From Azolla caroliniana (taxonomy: Eukaryota; Plantae; Polypodiophyta): a stretch of 64,000 nt of DNA. The stretch is taken from positions 9,052,001 through 9,116,000 of the forward strand of contig JBHGNT010000011.1 in assembly GCA_043228905.1 (NCBI GenBank), given 5' to 3'. Shown in pieces: positions 27,401 to 39,660 of this stretch. The notes under the pieces were generated by a model that had not been told where the DNA came from, did not search any database, and saw only the letters and a list, made by a program, of their open reading frames with translations. Each line of letters begins with the position of its first letter. Within the stretch, counting starts at the first letter, position 1. The translations under genes were made by a program, and so were the position numbers.

Positions 27401-30400
27401 TCCTACTTTCAACTCCACATAAGCAGAATGGAGAAAATCTCACGCTTTTTACAATTTAATCCCAAGTTTGAACTCATGCATCCATAGTGATTTGCTAAGG
27501 TTCCCGCTGGTTAGATTAACTATTCACAAGAGTACCACAATAACTTTTCTTCCCAAAATGCATGAGATCAAATTTCCATCAAAATAGCTTTGTCGTATCA
27601 ACATCTTAAAATGTGAAGGAACTATCAAGTAAATAACAAAAAAAAACCACATTTTAAGAATTCGATTATGAGATGAAGAAAGGTATCTTCTTGCTAGTCC
27701 TTTTTAATGTGCAACTTTAATGGGTACTTATAACCCAAAAGGTTGCTCTGATGCACTTTAAGAACACATAACAAAGGGAAGATTGACAATTATAAAAGGA
27801 ATCAACTTGAAGCAAAATATCCCCTAAACTCAGTTGGGAAAGTGTAAATATTGATGGGAAGGAGCAGAATATGTTGCATGCACATACATTGGCTCGTTAG
27901 GTTAAGATGAAGTCATGACTCAAGACATCTAGTTCAGAGCAGCAGACAGGTTCCAAGTGGGTCTGCATGGATGATAGTATAGCATGATATACAGGGAGCT
28001 AGCTATCTCCACATACATTGTGCATCATTTTTTCATACAATTGTCGGGTTCCAATTTGGTATGCATGGATGATGTTATAGGATGATACAAGGAGCTAGCT
28101 ATCACAAGGTACATTTTTCATTACTCTCATACAATCTTCCCTCTCCTCGTGTGGGTGCACTACTTGAACCTCATGTTCCTACATCATTTGTACTTTGATC
28201 ATAGCCTTAATGTAATTATGTCATAACCTTGCAGTAACATAAGACTGCCTATCTAGTCCAGATGAAATTAATTATCTGCTTAGTTCAACCGCACAATATA
28301 TATTATAAGATTCACATAGATGTCACTTTCAGTCACTCAAGGCCTTTGAAGATATTAATATAGCATTACATTTTACTTCTCACTCAAATATAGGTGAAGG
28401 AATGGCATTCTACATGTATATCCCTTGCTCTCATGCATAATGGCATATTACTTAACTTTCCCTATCTCCATTGAATTGAGATTATGCCATTATTTGTTAT
28501 CAAAAGGCTAGGTTTTTACCCACATGTACCAGCCATTTCTAAAAGAAGGAAAACACAACCCTCACTATGCAATTGACTTACATGGTATTCTGTTCATTGC
28601 TGCACCTTAATATGATTTTAGATTACTAAAATAAAAAATGTGTTTCCTCAAACAGTTCAACATTTTAAAATCAATATAAAATGGTTAATCAAGGAAAACA
28701 CTTCCGTTTGTTAACCTGAATAGGGTTTGTAGGAAGTATGATAGGAATGGCCAGATATGCTCCCATTAGTGGCATTCCCTGAAAAAAATGGATCCCTACA
28801 GAAGAGTGATGAGTTAGTAAGCGAATTTTATAAAGCATAATAACTTTTTACACTTCTTCTCTTTTTAAAAACGCAGTAACCTAATTTCAAAAAGAAGGGT
28901 GGGCAAAATACATGAAATATTTGCCAAAATGAAGAACGAGCCTTCTAATTTTTATTAACTACTAACCTCAACCATCTTACATGTGATTTCAGAGGTTCAG
29001 ATTAGCACCAGCGTGCAACATAAAATCATGACATCTTGTTTCTATTCATAGTATCTCAGTTGAATGGTTACGTTGCTAGAATTTCAATTTAGGTGTTTCG
29101 GTTCAAATCCCACTGTACAGAATTATTTTTTAAATTTCACTTCATAATCCTAGAGTTTCTAAAACAAGCAAAAGTTCATGACATTTTGTTTCAATTCATA
29201 GTATCTCGGTGGAATGATTACATTGCTAAAATTTCAATTTAGGTGTTTCAGTTCAAATCCCATCGTGCAGGATTTTTTTAAAATTTCACTTCAGAATCCT
29301 AGAATATAAACCATATATTTAGATATATTTTCTAAACAAGTGACATGTTATGATGGTGTGAACAATCATCAACTGACCCCTTGATTGTGGCCAGTGAAGC
29401 ATATGACTGAGGAGTTAATGCAGTAGGTGTGAACATGGCTCTATATATAAGTGACAATTTTAGTTGAGCAAATTAAAGTTGTTGCACTTAATGCCATTGT
29501 TATATTTGTATGTGCTCACTTAAGAGCACATGTCTTTATATTTCCATGGGATTATCCTTCTGTTGTAATCACGCTCAGGTGTTCTGCATTTTTTTTCTTT
29601 CCATTGTGTCATGCAAGTCTTATCTGCTCGTGATGTAACATTGTATATGGCATCAAGAACTGGAAGATGATGCACTGGCGATTGAATCGGGACTCATAGT
29701 CTTGAAATGCAAACTCAACAGCATGAGCTATACATTGTGGGAGTTCAAGATGACCACCATTTCAGGTTATTATGAGCTTTCAGATACCATGCTTACAGTG
29801 AATGTGGGGCAGATGCAAATTTGGATCCAAATAACCTGATTGTTTGGACACCTATGAGCGCAACGAATGATAATCATAGAAATATGTTCACATCTTTTTA
29901 GAGACCAAAATGTCCTTTGTAACCTAAAATGATGTTACATCTTTAAATGAGATCTTACCTCAGCAACAAACCCAAATGAATATAATTAAATTAGTAAAAC
30001 TGTCAAAGGGATCAAATATTCCCATTAACTAAATAGTTAACATTGTGAGCTTAAATGGACTCAATTTTTTATGGTGGAAATATCTCCAGCATGGCTGATC
30101 CAAGATGAAGGGGTCTCATACACGAAGAAAGCACCATCAGGATTGGGTGATAAAGGTCTTGGTTAGCGGGTAACAAATGGTATGAAGGTGTAGTCTAGAT
30201 GGACATGGCCAACGTGCCTAACAACTTACTATTGCCTCATGTATGTAAACCCTTTCAAAAGCTGTAATAGAGACCCTACTTGTAGACCTTATTTGACTCG
30301 TCACATTGGAGTAGTTATGGTGCTAAAGAAGGTTGTACTGGTTCTCTGGTTATCAGGTTTTGTGATTGTATTCTTGCTCTTCAACAACTTCTCTTTGTCT

Positions 30401-33400
30401 CTCCATTTAGTCCCACGCATCATCAGTCTTGATATTTCATTGTCTCATGGAGTGGAACATATTATTCTTGGAAGAGGTAGTGATATCGCCTCCTTATTCC
30501 TAAAAACAATACAAAGGCGTTTAAACATAGTGTTCCCCTGATTCTATATCCCACTGATACAATTGGCAGATCTGTTCCTTGATAGAATTTCATGCATATT
30601 TGCACCTCTCAATCTCTAACTGAAGATCCTAAACTGCAGTACCACACTACACAGCGCATGAGAGGTGTGTATCCATAAAAGAGGGCCTGATAATAAATTT
30701 ATCCTATGACATGTGCAAAAAGGCCTTACATGGGTCCTCTTCCTACCCAGCAGCATTCTAGGGTTTATTCATGCTGTTTCAACGTATGTTACAACTTACT
30801 ATTGCCTCATCCATTGTAAACCCTTTCGAATGTTGTCATAGAGATCTTAATTGTGGCCCTTTATTGACTCATAGCATTCAGGAGTGTGGTGGTAAAGAAG
30901 GTTGTATTGGTTCTTTGTTTATCAGGTTTTGTGATAGTATTCTTGCTCTTCAACAACTTCTCTCTGTCTCTCGATTTAGTCGCAAGCCTCGTTGGTCTTG
31001 ATATTCCATTGTCTTGTGGAGTGGACCAAATTATTCTTGGAAGAGGTAGTGATATCACTTCCTTATTGCCTAAAAACAATACAAAGGCGTTTAAACATAT
31101 CATTCCCCTGATTCCATATCCCGCTGACACAAGGATAACGTAACTTCAAGAATGCGAAGTCTGGCGAAGAATTGGAAATGTTTTCACACAACAAAGACCC
31201 GTCTGAAACTAAATTTTGCCAAGAACAAACTTAAAATCGTAATTCATCTTATTATTCTATAAAATTTAAAAAAACTTCTTTGGACCACCTATACTATATC
31301 CAAAAATATGCATAGCATATTCTATGTTAAATTTCTGCTAAAATGAAGTAAGACATGTAAGGCAGAATCCAAATTGCAGGGAAAAAATATAATACCTTCT
31401 TGATATAACACATTTGGAATGTGAAGCTTTGGAAGTTGTTGCAATAGAAGACTGAAAGTAGCTGATCCCTGCCAGTTTTACAATGCATAAAAATTTCATT
31501 AATATTATACACTATTTCTAGTGATATGTTTAAGCGGCATTTAGCTAGAACACAAAAGAAAGATGCCCTGACAAGTGCCTCTAATCTGCAAATCAACAAT
31601 AGCAAGATTCAACAATAAACATGCACAATAGCAAACATGGGCACAATTAAAATGCGTCCATGCCATGTTTTCATGGTAAACTTTTCAAGGTAGAATTCGC
31701 AAAGCAATAGCCTCCCACTCTAGAGAGTTTGAGAGATAATAATGTGTCTACAGAAACTTAATACTCAGCTGGAGCTTTATTCCAAGTGTAGAATTATCAG
31801 TTTATTTGTACCAAGCTAACTACTGAAACCTCTATTGTTTGTTATTATGACATCTCTTGAGCTTCCATATTTAGGGCACTTGGAAAATATTGTACAATAA
31901 CAGGTTTAAACCTAACAATCGACAACAGTTCGGTTCGGTTTGAAAGGGTCCAAACCGAACCGTTTAGAGATGTTGAAACCTGAACCAAACCGAACCACAA
32001 ACCCGTTAAACCGAACCATTAAAAAAAATTCAAACCGTTAAGCCATTAAACCGGTAAAACCGCAGTTTCGTGGTTCGGTTTCGGTTTTCAGCTTAAGTAT
32101 TTTAAAAAATTTTAAAATTTTCCCAAAATGTGAGAATAAGGCATGAAAATGAAAAGATTTTTTAAATTTTGTAAATTTTTAAATTTTTAAATTTTTTTTT
32201 AAAATTTTAAAAAATAAAAAATAAAAAAACTGTTAAGCCGCGGTTTCACAGTTCGGTTCGGTGCAAACTGAACCGTTGCCGATTGTTATTTAAACCTATT
32301 ACATATTGGCACTCTTTTTCCAGTATTTCAGGCTGCATACACGTATAAAAGATATCTAGAAGGTTCATCGAAAAATATCCAAGATATACTACTGCGTGCA
32401 ACTTGGTATACCAAATTTGAGTAGCTTTTTATTTGGGGTCTCAATGGAAAAATGGAAGGAGTTATACATCATCCTTTTTTTACTGAGCTTCAATGCTGCT
32501 ACAAATGGTACAATGAATCTTGAAAGTCACCTAGAAATTTCAAGATACATAAGCTCCTCCCTTTTATATTATTTCAAGCCACTATGTTGCAATAAATAGA
32601 AAATTCACCGCTGATTAGCTAGCCCATTACTTTTATAACATGGTAAAATAATGTAATATTCATGCAACCGGATTTATGGGCTAAATGTTGCTCAAATAGA
32701 TTCAATGGGCATTTACTATAATTGAGTAGATATTAATTATTCAGATATATGATACGATGCTGTACAAACAGAAACAGGATGTGCATTGAGCAACAATGAA
32801 TAGTATTATTTGTTCATATTGGAACTTATCATACATGTATTACAACATGCTACATTTGACCATTTAGACACACGATGGCAGTACTTCAGCAAAGGATGCC
32901 TACAGTGAACACATCTGGATAGAAATCATCTCTGCCGTCAAAGGTAGAGGGACAAACTTCTGTGAGATTTTGCTAAGGCAGGAGGCGACCAGAGCATTTT
33001 TTGGACACTTGCATTTCTACTCCTTTTTTTACATTCTCAGGGTTTATCCAATGGACATGCAGATCCAGGTGAGTTTATGTCTTCGCATCTGAGAAATCAT
33101 CCGTACATATTAATATTGTTTGTTCTCCTTACATAGAACGAACGATATATTAATATCTCTAAATCACAATAGTGGCCTATGACACCTAACACACAGAGGC
33201 TAGCGTTTCCTGATATACCTTTTGTAATCAGCCCCTATGATATATGCAATCTTTATTTTCCTTTCGATATGAACTATAATGCGGATGTTCTCTTTTCCTG
33301 GAAAAAGAGATGTCATGCACAAAGTTATCCAGCAACAGCTACCAACATTATTTTAACAGAATCTAAATTCTGCATATTTTGCACACGCATTAGTATGAAA

Positions 33401-35133
33401 GTTCTATTGGATGGTTCTGCTTGAGAAGCTGTGGGGCAAATCCAGGAGAGATAACATTGTCTTTCCAGGTATATCAGACAATACCTTAGTATTATTAAAC
33501 ATAAATTCAGTAATCTGAAATCATTTGGTGTTCAACTATTTTTCATGGATAGCAGACATCTAAGAGCAAATTAGAGAGCAAGCTGAAACTTGAATTGATG
33601 GTTTTATAACAAAGATTGGAAAAAGGAAGGTGAAGATGAGAGAGAGTGTGAGAGAGAGACGAGTTTCTTATCCAACTGTTTGTTAATCAAGAACTCATTG
33701 TTTGATGTCGTTGCAACATAAAGCAGAACTTTCTTATTATATTTGATAGGCTTTTTTGGCTTCACTTTTTCAATCTTCAGCACTTCTTGTTGATCTTGAA
33801 GAACTTCATTTGATTGAGTGACATCATCAGTATCAACATCTTCGATCGCTTCTTGCTCATCAACTTCTTCATTTTCTTCCTCTTCCACTTCTTCATCTTC
33901 ATCCTCATTTGCTAGACCTTCTTCTTCTTCAGAATCTAATATCTTTCTTGGAGGCTCCCATTGCTTATCAAGCACAAGGGCAATATAGGCAGAACTACAA
34001 CCTACTTTCACAAGTACAGTAAATAATCTGTAGTTAAGGCTGATAATAAACCCCAAGTGAATGAACAATAAAATGCATATGTTTCATTCACTGGATCAGT
34101 ACATTGATGTATAATTATCATACTTGTTAGAGTAAGCAATGGATTATTAATATTACGCGTTAATATTCTAATGGTTGTTTCTATTCAAATGGTATAATTC
34201 TAGGTCACCAAGCTTGGATGCAGACACATTGTGAGAATGCACCAAGTGAGATTTGAAAACAACATCATCTAATGAAAAGGACAACGTGTCCCTCCTGATT
34301 GATTGGGTTACTGGTCCTTGTGAATGTAGTATTTATTTCTACCTACAAAAGATAGTATCTTTGTGAACTGCACCTTAAGAATTATGAGTCATTTAATGTT
34401 GAACTTTGTAAAAAAGGAATGTGATAAGTTGCTTGTGGATTTACTGAGATTTGGATTTCTTTTCTGCCCTCATGATTATTATAGGGAGCGGTCTGCAATG
34501 TACTGTCACTAAAGAAAACGCAAGAAATGGACCCCCGAAAACAGAGCAAAAAGAAAGATATATTAACATCTCCAAAAGATCATGTTATGGCATCTTCGAA
34601 CTTGACAAAGATTGCTGACTATTTCTGTTAACCTGCCGATGCCAGAGACGAAAGAGAAATGGCTTTCTATCCTGAGCTTCCTAAAACTAAATGGCTTCAA
34701 ATGTAAAGGTTTGATTCTTGAGGCAAATAAATGTGGGAGAAGCACTAATAAACGGATGATTGAAATTAAAAGATATAATGAACCTACCAGTAAATGCTTT
34801 GACGGTCTTCAAGCATGAATCAAAAAGCAGATATGGATCAGGTTCTTGGATCTCACGCAACCTACGAATGGCTTCAGCTTCTTCCCGTGCACATTCCGCC
34901 CTCATCTCCGCGCGCTGCTTCTCCGTCTGCTCCCTCAATTGCTGCTGCTGCCGAACGTGTTCCCTGTCCTCGAAGAAGGCGCGACTTATGTTGGTGTTGT
35001 TGGCGACATACTTGAGAAGCCAGAGGCTGAGGTGGAGGATGGGATCGGGGGGGGCCCTGGCGATGACGTCTGCGCATCCCTTGGCCACAACCGCCCCCAC
35101 CATGCCCTGCAAGAACGCCGCCGCATCCTCCAT
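24449..35133 (-). CDS. RSP2: Flagellar radial spoke protein 2 homologue (Dpy-30 motif, coiled coil, GAF-like domain), about 701 aa. Exons: 35133-34788, 34001-33661, 31468-31396, 28795-28716, 27270-26539, 26454-26389, 25423-25334, 25253-25182, 25078-25034, 24889-24797, 24616-24449
   Basis: Colinear similarity to Chlamydomonas RSP2 as recalled: GAVVAKGCADVIARAPPDPILHLSLWLLKYVAN, SSAYIALV, PIKYNKKVLLYVA, LPKLHIPNV, IHFFQGMPLMGAY, ALLCADTL..GRPFS..EQEFI, HRILKGLLFILG...W. The exons join in frame (2106 nt) to TAG at 24451-24449. Confidence 0.85.
29026..29303 (+). mobile_element. Two tandem tRNA-derived SINE-like units of about 150 bp in an RSP2 intron
   Basis: Each copy has an A-box-like TAGTATCTCAGTTG and a B-box GGTTCAAATCCC or AGTTCAAATCCC. 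No intact cloverleaf. Confidence 0.5.
30221..31130. repeat. Two diverged copies of about 340 bp (30221-30560, 30791-31130), probably a retroelement fragment
   Basis: ACAACTTACTATTGCCTCAT...TTATTCTTGGAAGAGGTAGTGATATC...TTCCCCTGATTC is shared; ORFs 30239 and 30886 are paralogous. Confidence 0.8.
31913..32288. mobile_element. hAT-type MITE (376 bp) in an RSP2 intron
   Basis: TIRs TAACAATCGACAAC / GTTGCCGATTGTTA, perfect 8-bp TSD TTTAAACC (31905-31912, 32289-32296), subterminal AACCG/CGGTT repeats. Confidence 0.92.
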
Positions 35134-35559
35134 CGATCGATTGATCGATCCTCTTCTTTGCTCTCTGCTCTTTCTCTGCTCTCTCTGCGCTGCTTCCCCT
35201 GCCTCCCTCCCACTCGTTCGTTCGTTGCTTCCTTTCGTCAGTTGGCTTGGGTTCGGTTCACACACACACTTGAATGTACATATGTACATACATATTTATG
35301 TATGTATGTATGTATTTTAACTATAAATTTCCTTCCTCCATTCATTGTGTACGTCTTATATTAGATCCTCCTCCTATGAATGAACGGAATGTGTAACTTT
35401 TCGGTGTCGATCAACTTTATCGAACGACAAACTTATTGGGGTATGTGGCATTTCTGTAATTGCTTCAAAATGAGACACTAAATTTGTGGATGTTTAAGGA
35501 TATGTTAAAGGAGAGTATGTCCATCCGACATCAAATCGGGGCCACAAAATGTTTCTAAG

Positions 35560-37450
35560 GTCACAATCCATGTGATGTTGATTTTGGAGACCAAAACTGT
35601 CCCAAATCCAAGACCAAAAACCTAGAGATGATCGTTGAATTTCTGTTGTCCAGACAGTTGGCAAAGTCCGAATTGGTGTAGCCGACTATGCCCGAGATCT
35701 TGTTCGGGCCGAATTGGATTACACGGTCTTGTGTGCCCACCAAATATCTGAAGATGAACTTAATTGCATTCCAATGGTGTTGGCCAAGGTTGTGCATAAA
35801 TCTGTTGACGACTCCTATGACATGTGCTATATCTAGTTGTGTCACGACCATAGCGTACATCAAGGAGCTGACTACCGGTGCATATGGTACCGACTTCATA
35901 TATTCCCCTTCTGGACCGGATGTCGGGCAATCTCTCTGAGATAACTGAAGACTAATTGGGAGCGGGGCCGAAGCATATTTGGCTGACTACATGTTGAAGC
36001 GCTCTAAGACGCATCAAATGTAGTTGGCCTGAGATAGGAACAATTGTCTTTGTTTGTGGAGCCGATTGATCTTCATACAAAGAATGTGTTGAGTAGGAGG
36101 GGCTAAGTCCTTCATCGCAAACTTCAACCACAATTGCCAAACTAGTTCGGCAAGCGGTTTGGCATTTCGGCCGGAAAGAAGCAAATCATCCACATATAGA
36201 ATGAGGAAGATGGGAGATCCAGCTTGAGTAGGCTTCGAAAAAAGGCATTGGTCCTCATCACTCTTAGAAAACCCGATCGATTAGATGAAGTCGTCGAATT
36301 ATTGGTACCATTGTCTTGGGTCTTGCTTGAGGCCATACAGACTCTTCTTGAGTCGGCAGACTGTACGTTCTTGGTCGGGTACAACAAAGCCTTTTGGTTG
36401 TTCCATGTAAATTTCCTCCTCGAGATCACCATGGAGGAAGGTCATTTTGACATCTAGCCGGATCAACCCCAAATCTTCAGTTGCCACATAAGTAGAAACC
36501 AAAGGGTGGTCAATTTCACCACTAAAGATTTTGTCAAATTCGACGCCATATTCCTGTCAGAAGCCCGAATCAAACATCTCTTTTAATCGAAATACCCATT
36601 TGCATAGAAGAGCATGTTGATTCTTCGACAATTTGACTAAGTCCCATGTCTGCTTGTGCCGAATGGAGTTCATTTCAAACTCCATTACCAAGTGCCAATT
36701 GTCCGAGTCGACACATGTTGGCGTTTCTTCGTACATCGTTGGCTCACTGGTGTCTGTGAAAAAGAGACTAGGAGAGTATCTCTGGTGGCAGAGACATTCA
36801 TTCAGATCTTCGTGGTATGACAGAGCTTACGGGTTTGGATACGGTTGTACTAGGTACATCCATATTTCAGGTAGTCGGATGCGTTGAAGTCAACTAAGCT
36901 GAAGTTTCGACTCTCCCCCTTAGTATTGTTCTCAGTTGAATCGGGAATTGGAGGTTCAACTACCCATGGAGCCGACCTTGTATTTTGAGTTGGGCCATCA
37001 AGAAGAGTCGAAATGTCCGAAAAAGTAACCCTTCCAACTTCAATCGGCCTTTTGGCTAGCTTGTGCATCTCCGACTCGTTGAAAAAGACGTCTGAACTTT
37101 CAATTGGATGACTTGTCTGTTTTTCAGATCCCAAAGTCGGTAGCCAAAATTATTGTTAGGTCCATAGCTAAGGAAAATGCATTTTCGTGACCTCAACTCG
37201 AGTTTTCGGCGTTCATCCTTTGGCACAAGTGCGAATGCTTCACAATAAAAAATCCGCAGCTTTCTATAATCAGGTCGTTTGCCAGTCCAAAGCTCTTGCG
37301 GAATTTGAAGTCCGAGAGGCCTACTCGACGACATGTTGATGATGTGCACTACAATTAGTAGAGCCTCTGCCCATAAACCATAAAATAGTCATGCATGTTG
37401 CAACATGGCGACAATCCATTCATGAATTGTCTAATTCATTCTTTCCATCC
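35560..37450 (-). mobile_element. Degenerate Ty1/copia (Tork/Tnt1-like) integrase-RT fragment
   Basis: Peptides LWTGKRPDYRKLRIF..RKCIFLSYG, LDVKMTFLHGDLEEEIYMEQPKGF, VCRLKKSLYGLKQ and PYAPVVSSLMYAMV. Confidence 0.9.
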
Positions 37451-38536
37451 GGAGGGACCCGCTTCCCAACAAACTCCCCCTTCACTTCGGTATGGGGTAC
37501 GTATCCAATCCGACTCTTTGTCGTCACGAATTTAGCTTCTTAGCTGACAGCACCTTCGTCAACATGTCTGACCCGTTGTCGTTCATGTGGATCTTTACCG
37601 GTTGTCGTTCATGTCAAAAGGTGGATGACACTCTGGTTATTGCAATGGAGTCGGAATTCCTCTTCCCGAATTCCAAACTCTCCGATGAACTCCCTCATCC
37701 AAATTACTTCTTTGCTGGCTTCCATTGTGGCCATGTACTCGGCTTCCGTGGTCAACAGTGCCACGACATTCTACATCCTCAATTGCCACGAGATAACTGC
37801 CCCTGCATAAGTCATCACATATCCGGACGTGGATTGGTTGGTGTCCACATTAGCCGACATTTCTGAATCCATATAACCTTCCAATGTGGGGTTACCCGAG
37901 CCGAATCAGAGGCACACTCTCAAGGTGCCTCTCAGGTACCGAAGTATCCACTACACTGTAGCCCAATGCTCTCTTCCGGGATTGCTCATATATCGGATGA
38001 CCACGCCGACTGCATATCCAATGTCAAACCTTGTCCACACCATTGCATACATTAGGCTTCCGATTGCCGAGGCATAAGGGACTTTTGACATCTCAGCCTT
38101 CTCGGTTTTCAATTTCGGACATAGTCCTTTGCTTAGCTTTCAGTTCGTCGACAGTGTTGAGCCGACTAGTTTCACACTTTCCATGCCGAATCTCTAGAGC
38201 ACTTTTGTCACATACTTCTCTTGTGACAACCATAACAATTTCTTTGTTCGATCCCAAACAATGTGCATTCCTAGGATTTGTTTTGTCGGATCCATGTCTT
38301 TCATCAAGAACGACCTACTCAAGGCCTTCTTCAAGCTTCTGATTTTCTTCGAGTCTCGTCCAACAATCAGCATATCATCAACGTACAATAGGAGGATGAG
38401 AAAATCTCACGAATCCTTCTGGCCGGTACATATATATCTCTTCCTCCAAATCTCCATGAAGGAAGGCAGTCTTGACGTCCAGTTGTTCGACTTCGAGACC
38501 CATGTTGGGCGTTGTCGTGATGTTTTCAACACATAG

Positions 38537-39639
38537 TGTGAAACCACCCTTAAAAGAGAATAAAATAGTAGTCCAAATAAACTAATGTTGTTAAGTCAAC
38601 TATAGTAATAAATGAAAGGATAAAAAGTTAGAAGCGGTTTTCAAAAGTAGACCAAAGTAAAGAAAAAGATGGGGAGAAAAAAAGAAGAAGCACGCGTGGA
38701 TATGAGGAGCACATTAGAGAAAAAAGCTCGTAATTTCCTCGTCAGATGTCCAAATTAGAAAAGAAAAGATGCATAAGAAAGCTAACCCAAAGAGCTTTCC
38801 AATAATATATTGCATGTGAAATTTGGGGCTAGAAAACAGAAATAGTGAGGAAAAGAAAAGTCGACTCATATAGACAACCTTTTTTTTAGGGGAAAAAGGC
38901 AAGTAATCCTAAAGCTATAAATAAGAGCCTATTCTAGTGAAGAAGGGGGGGAGGGAGAAGGAACGCGAAAGCTCTACTCAAGTGGAAAGCGGAAGAAGAA
39001 GGATCAACAACATCGAGAGGCATCATCAACAAAGAAACTCCTTCTATACTCCACTCTCTTCTTTCCTCCACCTCTCTTTCCCCATTCATTTATAAACAAT
39101 CCTTCATATTCGCATCCAACCCATTGTAACATGATTCTTATATTATAAAAGAATCTATTATATTGATATAAACTAATGTTTTCTTTCATCTACTTGTCTT
39201 ACGTGTAAATCTTGATTGTGCTTATTTGTTATTGTCATTTATGCTTATTTGTTGTGTCTCTTGTGACAAGGGAGCATTTCGGGCTTGCCCATGCACCTCT
39301 CCTTTCACAAAGGCATTCAAACTTACGTGTCTTATATGTTATCGTCGTTTGTGCTTATTTGTTTGTGTGTCTTGTGACAAGGGAGCGTTTCGGGCTTGCC
39401 CATGCACCTCTCCTTTCACAAAGGCATTCAAACCTACGTGTCTTATATGTTATCGTCGTTTGTGCTTATTTTTGTGTGTGTCTTGTGACAAGGGAGCGTT
39501 TCGGGCTTGCCCATGCACCTCTCCTTTCACAAAGGAGTTCAAAATCGTGTCTTGCGTGTTGGTGTAAATTTTCCTTGTGTGTTCGTGCGACTTGTGGCAA
39601 GGGAGCGTTCGGGCTTGCCCATGCACCTCTCCTTTCACA
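38537..39639 (+). mobile_element. LTR-like sequence (TGTGAAAC...TTTCACA) with a TATA box and a terminal 111-bp array
   Basis: Inverted TG..CA termini, CTATAAATA at about 38915 followed by a purine-rich tract. No matching TSD found. Confidence 0.5.
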
Positions 39640-39660
39640 AAGGTGTTCGAAATTGTGTCT
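39197..39660. repeat. 111-bp tandem repeat, about 4 copies, each with an imperfect hairpin
   Basis: TGTGACAAGGGAGCGTTTCGGGCTTGCCCATGCACCTCTCCTTTCACA (with variants) at 39262, 39373, 39484 and 39593. Confidence 0.92.

Noticed and set aside
29026-29303. Functional tRNA genes
   Set aside because: No acceptor stem or cloverleaf; only degenerate A/B boxes.
33200-33300. Possible extra RSP2 exon after a TTTTCCAG acceptor
   Set aside because: The phase is incompatible with exon 2, and the exon at 31468-31396 already supplies the expected homologous segment.
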